DNA from: Squalus acanthias
Taxonomy: Eukaryota
Length of the DNA: 64,000 bases
Reading direction: 5' to 3'
Assembly (NCBI GenBank): GCA_030390025.1
Contig: CM059432.1
Coordinates: 36,210,001 to 36,274,000, forward strand
The stretch's first letter is position 1. The number at the start of each line of letters is the position of its first letter. This document shows positions 1 through 10,831 of this stretch, in pieces. The notes below the pieces were generated by a model. It was not told the DNA's origin, ran no database searches, and worked only from the letters and a program-made list of their open reading frames with translations. Position numbers and translations under genes: made by a program.

Positions 1-744
1 CCCTAGCTAGAGTCAGCACCTTCGGTGTGAGAGGAGGGAACAAATTGTAGAAAAAAAGGAGTGAGATGCTGTTTTGCCATCAACCTTTTTACTATTACCC
101 CTCTCCACTCTGTTTTTCCTTGCTTGTCTCTTCTGCTACAGGAATGGTGCGGGCTGGGGTGGGGGGGTTGGTAGGGGTATGAGGGGGGTAACGTTAAAAA
201 GGCCCAAACCATCAAAGCAGCCTCAGTCACTGCCCCAGTCAGCCGAGAGTCATGCTATGGAAAGCCCTGGAGCCTGAACTCCTTCTATACCTAGTTTGGG
301 ACAGCCATAGTCAGACACAATGGGAGCAATTTTCAACTGCCAGCAGTTTCCCACCTGAAAAATGGAGGGTGGCAGAGGGTAGCAGATGAAAATCAAGGGG
401 GAAGCACCACAGCCACCCCAATGACGCCCAATGTTCAGGCAGAAGGCTGCTTAAATATTCAAATCAATGTGCTCCGCTGGTTGTAGGACCCCATTTGCAG
501 CTTTCAGGTACAAATGCACAGAGCTATTTTTCCACCGTCTCCACTGGTAACCATGTGCATTTCAGAGCGTCTCAGATTAGAGCAGGCACAGCCACATCTA
601 CCTCTGTGCCTTCCACCTGCCCCACAAACACCGATACAACATACAGACATAGGCACACAGACCAGACCTACCAAGTCTCTGATTCAGTTGGAGTGAGACT
701 CACTCACTTTGGGTCTAATAAAGTTTCCTATTTTGGCATGTCTT

Positions 745-1260
745 ATTACATAGAATTACATAGAATATACAGCACAGAAACAGGCCATTCGGCCCAACCA
801 GTCCATGCCAGTGTTTGTGCTCTACTCGAGCCTCCTCCCATCCTTCCTCATCTAATTCTATCAGCATAACCCTCTATTCCCTTCTCCCTCATATGCTTAT
901 CTAGCTTCCCTTTAAATCCATCTTTACTATTCGCCTCAACTACTTCCTGTGGTAGCAAGTTCCACATTCTCACCACTCTCTGGGTAAAGAAGTTTCTTCT
1001 GAATTCCCTATTTGATTTCTTGGTGACTATCTTATATCGATGACCTCTAGTTTTCCTCTTCCCCACTAGTGGAAACACTCTCTCTGTATCTACTCTATCA
1101 AAACTTTCATAATTTTAAAGACCTCTATTAGGTCACCCCTCAGCCTTCTCTTTTCAAGAGAATAGAGACCCAGCCTATTCATCCTTTCCTGATAGGTATA
1201 ACCTTGCTTGCAGTCCTTGTAAATCTTTTTTGCACCCTCTCCAGTACCTCTATATCCTTA
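745..1260 (-). mobile_element. CR1 LINE 3' fragment
   Basis: ORF 848..1078 (RGHRYK..FRRNFFTQRVVRMWN) is the CR1 ORF2 C-terminus; (ATTCTATGT)n-type tail on the minus strand near 745-770. Confidence 0.9.
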
Positions 1261-1573
1261 TTCTTGAAATTGAACATTGTCAGCAGTGCTGGTGCAAGTC
1301 AACCCCTAATCTAAGTGGGTCACTAGTCTGAGCCAGTCAACAAGAAGCATGTGACAATAGTCTGGGGTGGGGGACAATTTTGACACCAATTTTCCTTCCC
1401 CGCCCCCCCACCCCTCGCCACCCTGAAGGAAAATTACCTTTGATTCAGCAGCATCCTGCACCAGCATGACTAAAATCAGTAACTCAGTGGGGTGAGGGAA
1501 ATCACTAGCGTAGCACAGAATGTCCGTGCCTCCACAAGGCATGTTGCTCTTCTCTGATTGTTTTTTCTTTCAG

Positions 1574-1723
1574 ATTTCAAGGAGGCATTCATGCTGTTTG
1601 ACAGAACGCCCACCTCAGAGATGAAGATCACTTATGCCCAGTGTGGTGATGTCATGCGCGCTCTGGGTCAGAACCCAACCAATGCAGAGGTTTTGAAGGT
1701 CTTAGGAAGACCCAAACAAGAAG
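1574..1723 (+). CDS. myl4: Essential myosin light chain (MYL4/MYL3-like), 150-bp internal coding exon (equivalent to exon 3)
   Basis: ttctttcag| acceptor and AAG|gtaagt donor; encodes (D)[49 protein letters not shown]. The RTPxxEMKI segment is typical of cardiac/slow ELCs. MYL4 vs MYL3 is not resolved from sequence alone. Confidence 0.93.
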
Positions 1724-2549
1724 GTAAGTGTTTGAAAGAAAGACACAGACAGATGAAAAGCAGAATAACTCTGTCTGGTGAAAGAACAAGGATGGGGCCA
1801 TTAGATTCCCCCTTTTTGGGGGAACAGTGTGGTGTAGTTCTTTTTAATTCATTCTTGGGATGTGGATGTGGATGTGGATGTCACTGGCAAGGCCGGCATT
1901 TATTGTCCATCCCTAGTTACCCTTGAGAAGGTGATATGGGCCTTTTTCCTGAATTGCTGCAGTCCGTGTGGTGAAGGCGCTCCCACAATGCTGTTCAGTA
2001 GACCTGTCTACCAAAAATGTATCGATCACCCCCTTCAAAGTTATAACATCCTCTGCTGCTATGGATCCTGTAATGATATAATATGAGCATTTATAGACAT
2101 TCTCCTACCTCAGCGAAGTGTCAATGTTTCAATTTGAGTATGAGCATTAAGACAGCCACTTAACAATCAACATCGGACAATGTGTCAATTAGACAACTGG
2201 TTAGATCCAAAATGGATAAGTCAGGTAGTCTGCAAGATGGAGTTTGTAAACTAGCAGGAGCAGTTGTGCATAAAGTTGTCTTTCAACCTTAATAAAGTAA
2301 GGATTATCATTCAATGTTGGATTTTTAATGAACCTTAAAACTAACTCAGCCTGAGAACTATCCACGGGTTCAGGTACCAGTACGCATCTGTAAAGGAGAC
2401 AACAATTGGGTCTGATGTAATTTGGTGAGATACTAAATTTGCTGAATGAACAGTCCCAGTTGACTCCCATTGGGAGAGGCAAAAAGCTCCTCAGACACGC
2501 TGACATTTTCCACAGATCAATCATGGCCTGAAAGCTAGATTCCCAGTCT

Positions 2550-4668
2550 CAGAGACCCTGATATTTACGGGAAATCGGAGAGGGAGCAGGGGCGCCTGTT
2601 AGTGGCCGGGAAACCCGGAAATACAGGGAAGGCGGAGGTCCTGCCGAATTTACCGACAGAATCTCATTAGAATTTTTTTTACTCCATTTCCCGCCCGGCA
2701 GCCGGGCAGATTGAGGTTGGCCAGCTGCTGGGTGGGAATCCCTGCGGTAAAAGGCAGCAGCTGGGGACCGCGTCCTAAATCGAGAAGGGAGAGGGGACAC
2801 GAAGCACAGCGGAGAGGAGAGAGAGAGATCGGAGAGAGATTGCGGGGAGGGAGAGATCGCGGGGAGGGAGGGAGTGATCGTGGGAGAAAGATCAGATTCG
2901 CGAAATGGGGAGAGATTGCGGCAGCTTTGCTTGAGGGACCAGGGGAGGATACTTCTCCTGGCCCACAAGCAGTCCTGGAAAAGCATTTACCTGCTGGATG
3001 TGAAAGCTCCCTGCAGCTGCAGCGTTCCCCGAGCCCATAAGAACATAAAGAACATAAGAAATAGGAGCAGGAGTAGGTCATTTGGCCCTTCAAGCCTGCT
3101 CCGCCATTCAATAAGATCATGGCTGATCTTCTACCTCAACTCCACTTTCCTGCACTACCCCCATATCCCTTGATTCCCTTAATATCCAAAAATCTATCTG
3201 TCTTGAATATAATCAACGACTGAGCCTCCACAGCCCTCTGGGGTAGAGAATTCCAAAGATTCACCACCCTCTGAGTGAAGAAATTTCTCCTCATCTCAGT
3301 CCTAAATTGCCGACCCCTTATTCTGAGACTGTGACCCCTGGTTCTAGGCTCCCCAGCCAGGGGAAATATCCTCCCTGCATCTACCCTGTCAAGCCCTGTA
3401 AGAATTTTGTATGTTTCAATGAGATCATCTCTCATTCTTCTAAACTCTAGAGAAATATAGGCCTAGTCTACTCAATCTCTCCTCATAGGACAATCCCTCC
3501 ATCCCAGGAATCAGTCTGGTGAACCTTCGTTGCACTCCCTCTATGGCAAGTATATCCTTCTTTAAGTAAGGAGACCAAAACTGTTCACAATACTCCAGGT
3601 GTGGTCTCACCAGGGCCCTATATAATTGCAGTAAGATGCCTTTACTCTTATACTCAAATCCTCTTGTAATAAAGGCCAACATACCATTTGCTTTCCTAAT
3701 TGCTTGCTGTACCTGCATGTTAACTTTCAGTGATTCGTATACTCCTCTGAACACCAACTTTTCTCAATCTCTCACTATTTAAAAAATACTCTGCTTTTCT
3801 ATTTTTCCTATCAAAGTGGATAACTTCACATTTCTCTACATTATATTCCATTTGCCATGTTCTTGCCCACTCACTTAGCCTGTCTATATCTCCTTGAAGC
3901 CTCTTTGCATCCTCCTCACAACTTAAATTCCCACCCAGCTTTGTATCATCAGCAAACTTGGATATATTACATTTGGTCCCCTCATCCAAATCATTGATGT
4001 AGATTGTGAATAGCTGAGGCCCAAGCACTGATCCTTGCGGTACCCCACTAGTTACAGCCTGCCAACCCGAAAATGACCTGTTTATTCCTACTCTCTGTTT
4101 TCTGTCTGTTAACCAATCCTCAATCAATAATACCCCCAATTTCAGGAGCCCTAATTTAGTTTAATAACCTCTTGTGTGGCACCTTATCGAATGCCTTCTG
4201 AAAATCCAAATACACCACATCCACTGGTTCCCCCTTATCTATTCTGCTAGTTACAACCTCAAAAAACTCTAACAGATTTGTCAAACATGATTTCTCTTTC
4301 ATAAATCTGTGTTGACTCTGCCCAATCCTATTATTATTTTGCCCTGTTACCACGTCCTTAATAATAGATTCTACATTTTCCCTACTACTGATGTCAGGCT
4401 AACTGGTCTGTAGTTCCCCGTTTTCTCTCTCCCAAATGGCTCCCAAAATCTGAGGCACGGAGCCCATTTAAATATGATAGTTACCGGCCCGCCTCTCCAG
4501 AGCAGGTTACTCAGTCGACCCCAAACCCGCTGCGGTTAAACCGGAAGTAGGCACGTTTATGGCAGGTTGGGGTTGGGTTTCACATTTTGTCAGATTTAAC
4601 CCCGCCCCCAACCCTCTCCCGCCTGTTGTGGGGTGGGAGGGTGGGGGGGGCGGTTAACATTACCCCCA
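2550..4668. mobile_element. GC-rich non-autonomous DNA element (Harbinger-MITE-like), split by a CR1 insertion at 3037-4432
   Basis: GC-rich segments 2550-3037 and 4432-4668 flank the CR1 and resemble other MITE-like elements in the window; termini are poorly defined. Confidence 0.45.
3037..4432 (-). mobile_element. CR1 LINE, 5'-truncated and frameshifted
   Basis: ORFs 3136-4353 give RT motifs (YLDFQKAFDKVPH, GVPQGSVLGP, KFADD); tail reads (cataagaa)n on +. Confidence 0.95.
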
Positions 4669-5091
4669 GAGTGTCAGGGTCTCAGGGATTCGTAGTGCGT
4701 TCCTAAGGCATTTTCAGGATTTCAGGTGAGGATGCGAAACTGATATAAAACTAAATGCGTAGTCATCGCACAGGCCAAAGGTCTGCCTGCATTTAGCTCC
4801 CAGAAGCCTTCTCTGCACCGGCAATCAGCTGTCTGCATAGGCCAACCCTCTCCCATGGAACCTTAGGCCAAGTCCAATAAAGGAGGGCAACTGATTTGAT
4901 CGAGCACAGATCCATCGTGCCCAGCATTTTCACTTCGCAACATTTTAAGTGAACTTACGGTGCTTGGACAGTGATTGTCCAGCATGCAAATGAAGAAATT
5001 CAAACGATTCGTGATGCGCTGTTGCAACTCGTTATATACTGTTGTTATCATTTTTTAAATTAAAATAATTTTAATTTATTTTATTTTCTAG

Positions 5092-5265
5092 AGATGCAAA
5101 TAAAGATGTTGGACTTTGAAACCTTTCTGCCGATGCATCAACATATCTGCAAGGTTAAGGACCAGGGCACAATGGAGGACTTCATTGAGGGTCTGAGAGT
5201 GTTCGATAAGGAAGGAAATGGCACAGTAATGGGGGCTGAACTTCGCCATGTCTTAGCTACACTGG
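5092..5265 (+). CDS. myl4: Myosin light chain coding exon, 174 bp (equivalent to exon 4)
   Basis: ttattttctag| acceptor; encodes (E)[57 protein letters not shown](G); donor G|gtctgt; phase 1 at both ends, in frame with the neighbouring exons. Confidence 0.93.
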
Positions 5266-5476
5266 GTCTGTATCTTAGGACTAACTGATTTCTGGTAAAG
5301 AGTATGAAAGATATAAATCCAAAGCCATTACCACCACTGTGCACTCATGGGATTAGTAGGGAACAAGATAACATCGATTGCCCCTGCTCTAGAATCTTCA
5401 GATCTAAGCCTGTTGTCCATTCTTTGCCTGTTTTATTGTCCTTCTTTAAAATATTCCTGAACTGTTCCTAATCAAG

Positions 5477-5776
5477 AGCAACACGGTGGCATAGTGGTTA
5501 GCACTGTTGCCTCACAGCGCCAGGGACCCGGGTTCGAATCCGGCCTCGGGTGACTGTCTGTGTGGAGTTTTCACATTCTCCCCGTGTCTGCGTGGGGGTG
5601 CTCCGGTTTCCTCCCACAGTCCAAAGATGTGTGGGTTAGGTTGATTTGGCTATGATAAATTGACCCTTAGTGTTAGGGGGATTAAATACGTGGGGTTACG
5701 GGGATAGGGTGGGATATGTGTCGGTGCAGGCTCGATGGGCCGAAATGGCCTCTATCTGCACTGTGGGGATTCTGTG
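5477..5776 (+). mobile_element. tRNA-derived V-SINE (HE1-like)
   Basis: A box tggcatagtgg, B box ggttcgaatcc, V-domain-like core (tgtgtggagttt..ctccccgtgtctgcgtgg..ccggtttcctccca), CR1-like tail; flanked by TSD atcaag (5471-5476 / 5777-5782). Confidence 0.88.
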
Positions 5777-6009
5777 ATCAAGGTACTGGTAATCATTATG
5801 CTGGGAATTAATCCTACTGAACCATTTCTTTGGCTTTGCAGGTTTATTGTTCTTGTTCTGCTTTGGAGTGTCCACTATTTGTGTTGCACGGACAAGCTAG
5901 GACCACAGCAACTCTAATTTGTGTGGAATTGTTCACCACCAGAGCTCCTGAAATTTGTATCCGAGATCTTACTGAGGTAGCTGGAGGCCCTAGTTCATGG
6001 ACCTGGGTG

Positions 6010-6160
6010 TCCTGGTTGCTTGAGCTGGTGTTTCTGGTTGATGGAGCTGGTGTTTCTGGTTGATTGAGCTGGTGTTTCTGGTTGATTGAGTTGGTGTTTC
6101 TGGTTGATTGTGCTGGAGATCCCTGCTGATAGAGTTGCAGGCCCTGGCTGATGGAGCTGA
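6010..6160. repeat. 22-bp tandem repeat, about 5-6 copies decaying 3'-ward
   Basis: Unit tgagctggtgtttctggttgat repeated directly. Confidence 0.85.
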
Positions 6161-6636
6161 AGACTCTCACTGAGTGAGTTGGGAGTCATATTGATGGACT
6201 TGGAGATCCTAGTCCTAATAAAGGTTGTTAACACATAAACAGACCAAGGGAGAGACAATATTTAGATGAAATGTGACACAGATATGACTGTTTATAAGTA
6301 GACTGCTTAGGTTGAAGTTTTATTGGTTTAAGTGGAGATTGTTCTTGGATGATTTATCATTACAGAACTTCTTCAGTGTCTACAATAATAATTGTTTTAT
6401 TTGTTTCCAATTTGCTTTTCTTTCATCCTAAAGGCTCTTGCTTGTGTTACGCTTACCCCTTCCTCAGGTACCAGCAATCCGCTGGTACTTCACCCAAATG
6501 CCCATTCTTTACATACAAGCATTGGAATCAGCAGAATTGTAGACCACAACAATCTGCAACTTCATGGCCTGACTCATCCCTCACTCCTTCATCTCCATCA
6601 AACATGAAGATCAACCCTGGTCAAGTAGGGTCTGGT

Positions 6637-7545
6637 CAACAACAACAAAAATAACTTGCATTTATATCGCACTTTAACATAGTAAAACATCCCAAGGCAC
6701 TTCACGGGAGTGTAATTAAAGAAAAATTAACAACAAGCCAAAGAAGAAGATTTTAGGATAGGTGACCAAGTGCTTGGTCCGAGGTAGGTTTTAAGGAGGG
6801 TTTGAGAGGTGAAGTGGCAGAGCGAGGGAATTGCAGAGCTTAGGCCTAGACAGCTGAAGGCATGGCTGCCAATGGTGGGGTGAAGGAAGTGGGTGATGGA
6901 CAAGAGGCCAGAACTGGAGGAATGTAGAGCTCCCGGTGTGTTGTAGGACTGGAGGCGGTGACAGAGATGAGGAGGGGCGAGGCCATGGAGGGATTTGAAA
7001 ACGAGGATGAGAATTTTAAAATGGAGGCCTTCAGGGACTGGGAGCCAATGTTGGTCAGCGAGCACCGGGGTGATTAGTGAACGGGACTTGGTGTGAGTTA
7101 GGATACAGGCAGCAGAACTTTGGATGAGCTCAAGTTTATGGAGGGTGGAAGATGGGAGGCCGGCCAGAGAAGCATTGGAATAGTCACGTCTGAAGGTGAC
7201 AAAAGCATGGATGAGGGTTTCAGTAACAGATGGGCTGAAGCAGGGGCAGAGACGGGCAACATTACAGAGGTGGAAGTAGGCAATATTGGTGATGGAGAGG
7301 ATATGGGGTAGTAGCTCAGCTCAGGGTCAAATAGGACTGTGAAAAGTCTGAGTGGCCAGGGAGGGGGATGGAATCAGTGGCTAGGAAATGGAGTTTGTGG
7401 TGGGAGCCGAAGCCATTGTCTTCCCAATGTTTAATTGGAGGAAATTTCGGCTCATTCAGGACTGGATATCGGACAAGCAGTCTGACAACACAGAGGCAGT
7501 AGAGGGGTTGAGAGAGGTGGTGGTGAGGTAGAGCTGGGCACAGTA
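6637..7545 (-). mobile_element. L2 LINE 3' fragment
   Basis: Minus ORFs contain HWLPV..FKILILVFKSLHGLAP (L2 ORF2 C-terminus); tail reads aacaacaac..acttgcatttatat on +. Confidence 0.9.
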
Positions 7546-9788
7546 GTACTGTTGGTCTCTTCACCACATGATGGAGGCCCGATATTACAGCTATGTCCTT
7601 CAGGATACAGCCAGTTTGGCCAGTTTACCACCAAACCACTCTTGATCATGGACATTGAAGTTCTAATGCTTCTTCCGAATGATGTTCAACATAACGGAGC
7701 ACCAATTCATCAGTTGTGGTTATAAGCAGCATGTGGTTCGCCTTGCTCTTGTTTGACCTGGCGTCATAGAATCATAGAATGATACAACACAGAAGCAGGC
7801 CATTCGGCTCATCGCACCTGTGCCGGCTCTTTGAAAGAGCTATCCAACTAGTCCCACTCCCCAGCTCTTTCCCATAGCCCTGTAAATGTTTTCCCTTCAA
7901 GTATTTATCCGATTCCCTTTTGAAAGTTACTATTCCATCTGCTTTCAGGTAGTACATTCCAGCTCACAACAACTTGATGCATAAAAAAAAATCCTCATGT
8001 CACCTTTAGTTCTTTAGCCAATCAACCTTAATTCTGTGTCCTCTGGTTACCGACCCTTCTGCCACTGGAAACAGTTTCTCCTTATTTATTCGATCAAAAC
8101 TGTTCATGATTTTGAACACCCCTATCAAATCTCCTCTTAACCTTCTCTGCTCGAAGGAGAACAACCCCAGCTTCTCCAGTCCATCCACATAACTGAAGTT
8201 TCTCATCACTGGTACCATTCTACTAAATCTCTTCTGCACCCTCGCCAAGGCCTTGACATCTTTCCTAAAGTGTGGTGCCCAGAATTGAACACAATACTCC
8301 AGCTGAGGCCTAACCAGTGTTTTACATAAGCTTAGCATAACTTCCTTGCTTTTGTACTTTATGCCTCTATTAATAAAGCCAAGGATCCCACATGATTTTT
8401 TAACAGCCTTCTCCACTTGTCCTGCCACCTTCAAAGATTTGTGTACATACATAAGAACATAAGAATTATGACCAGGAGTAGGCCATACGGGCCCTCGAGC
8501 CTGCTCCACCATTCAATAAGATCATGGGTGATCTTCACCTCAACTCCATTTTCCTGCCCGATTCCCCATATCTTTTGATTCCCCTAGAGTCCAAAAATCT
8601 ATCTATCTCAGCCTTGAATATACTCAACGACTCAGCATCCACAGCCCTCTAGGGTAAAGAATTCCAAAGATTCACAACCCTCTGAGTGAAGAAATTCCTC
8701 CTCATCTCAGGCTTAAATGGCCGACCACTTATCCTGAGTCTATGCCCCCTAGTTCTAGACTCTCCAGTCAGGGGAAACAACCTCTCAGCATCTACCCTGT
8801 CAATCCCCCTCAGAATCTTATATGTTTCAATGAGATCACCTCTCATTCTTCTAAACTCCAGAGAGTATAGGCCCAATCTACTCAATCTCTCCTCATAGGA
8901 TAACCCTCTCGTCCTAGGCATCAATCTAGTGAACCTTCGTTGCATCGCCTCTAAGGCAAGTTTGTCCTTCCTCAGATAAGGAGACCAAAACTGTGCACAG
9001 TACTCTAGGTCTCACCAAAGCCCTGTACAATTGTAGTAAGACTCCCTTATGCCAATATGCCATTTGCCTTCATAATTGCTTGCTGTACCTACATGATAAC
9101 TTTCTGTGTTTCCTGTACAGACACCTAAATCTCTCTGAACACCAACATTTAATAGTTTCTCACCATTTAAAAAATATTCTGTTTTTTTATTCTTCCTACT
9201 AAAGTGAATAACCTCACATTTCCCCACATTATACTCCATCTGCCACCTTATTGCCCATTCACTTAATCTGTCTATATCCGTGAAGACAGACACAAAATGT
9301 TTGTTTAAAGTCTCTGCAATTTCCTTATTCCCCATTATAATTTCTCCTGTCTCAGCCTCTAAGTGACCAACATTTAGTTTTGCTACTCTCTTCCTTTTTA
9401 CATACTTGTAGAAGCTCTTACAATCTGTTTTTATATTTATTGCTAGTTTACTCTCATTCTATTTTGTCCCTTTTTATCAATTTTTTGGTCATTCTTTGCT
9501 GGTTTCTAAAGCTCTCCCAATCCTCAGGCTTACTACCATTCTTCGCAACATTATAAGCCTCTTTTAATCTAATACTATCTTTAACTTCTTAGTTAAGGAT
9601 ACATTCCTAGGTGCCTCTGTTCCTACACCCCTTTAAAATTGTACCATTTAGTTTATATTGCCTCTCCTCATTCTCCTACCAAAATGTATCACTTCACACT
9701 TCTCTGTGTTAAATTTCATCAGCCATGTGTCTGCCCATTTCAACAGTCTGTCTATGTCCTCCTGAAGTCTGTTACTATCCTCCTCATT

Positions 9789-9973
9789 TGAGAAGTCGCA
9801 CAACACCAGGTTATAGTCCAACAGCTTTATTTGAAATCACAAGCTTTCGGAGCGCTGCTCCTTCGTCAGGTCCGAAAGCTTGTGATTTCAAATAAAGCTG
9901 TTGGACTATAACCTGGTGTTGTGCGACTTCTCACATTTGTCCACCCCAGTCCAACACCAGCATCTCCACATCA
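9789..9973. mobile_element. Penelope-like inverted terminal fragment with minimal hammerhead motif
   Basis: Perfect 63-bp inverted repeat (9789-9851 / 9871-9933); 13-bp TSD tatcctcctcatt (9776-9788 / 9974-9986); CTGACGA-A-GGAGC-agc-GCTCC-GAAA on the minus strand. Confidence 0.75.
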
Positions 9974-10092
9974 TATCCTCCTCATTGTTTACTACATTTC
10001 CGAGTTTTGTGTCAGCTGCAAACTTTGAAATGATGCCCTGTATACCCAAGTCCAGGTCATTAATATATATCAAAAAGAGCAGTGGTCCTAAT

Positions 10093-10242
10093 TAATGTTC
10101 CCTCTAATTTTTTTGTCCCTTCGCGGGCCCGTTATATTTACTGTGCGGCCACGCGGTATCTCTTCCAGCGGCGGCAGCTGGTGAGCAGCCTGCACGGGAC
10201 CTTGCGATTGGTGCGCAGCCACGCACCTTAGGGGGAACATTG
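10093..10242. mobile_element. 150-bp hAT-type MITE
   Basis: TIRs taatgttccctctaa / ttagggggaacattg (13/15 match); 8-bp TSD gtcctaat / gtcttaat. Confidence 0.8.
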
Positions 10243-10350
10243 GTCTTAATCCCTGTCGAACGCCACTGTATACTTCCCTCCAGTCTGAATAACAACCGTT
10301 CATAGAATCATAGAATGGTTACAGCTCAGAAAGAGGCCATTAGACACATC

Positions 10351-10831
10351 AGCCCGAATTTTAACTCCTGGCGCGAGTTGTGCGGGTAGTGGGCTGAGGT
10401 GCACAGCAAACTGTCCAGCTTGCCGCTGCACGAGGCTCGGGAGATTTTAGTTCATGGACCTCATCTGCATGAGCCCCGTCAGTCTGCTGCCTGAACCCGG
10501 TGGGGGGAAGGGGGGGAGCAGGCCCAAGGACTTTCTGGACCTCTTCTGGCCCTGGACCCGCTTGCCGACAGGTTGGCCTGATGGAGAAGCCACAACAGCT
10601 TCCCCCGAGCACACCTCGGGTTAAAATTGCAGTCGGGCCCAGCTGACATCATCGAAGCCTGATCTGCATATTTAAAGAAGGACCCCCGGTACCTTCTATT
10701 CGGTGTCCCGCTCACCTGCTCAAAAAAAGAGCAGGGTAAAATTGCAACCCACAGGAAGGCGGCTGGATGCGGAATGGGGAAGTCGCTGCAGCCATTTTAA
10801 CTGCTTGGCCGTCCAGGTGAAAATCGACCCT
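10351..10831. mobile_element. Harbinger-like MITE inserted in a CR1 tail
   Basis: 3-bp TSD atc; degenerate TIRs agcccgaatttt / aaaatcgaccct; a related fragment lies at about 12208-12425. Confidence 0.65.

Larger units (their letters stand above)
7765..10330 (-). mobile_element. Nested CR1 cluster (outer copy about 7765-8450 and 9600-10300; inner copy about 8450-9600)
   Basis: ORFs 8006-8512, 8649-8945 and 9012-9335 are CR1 ORF2 fragments; two separate 3' tails at about 7765 and 8450. Confidence 0.88.

Noticed and set aside
100..277. Strong acceptor-like site at 141 and ORF 74..277 as a possible upstream myosin light chain exon
   Set aside because: No similarity to the short ELC exon 2 (xxFTxxQIE) or the N-terminal extension; the 5' exons appear to lie outside the window.
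1724..1926. ORF-track extensions of the myosin exons (to 1926, 5288 and 15261)
   Set aside because: Read-through into introns past identifiable donors; homology stops at the splice sites.
5480..5550. tRNA genes (also at 29841, 47719, 62460)
   Set aside because: The A/B boxes are SINE heads that continue into SINE bodies; no complete cloverleaf.
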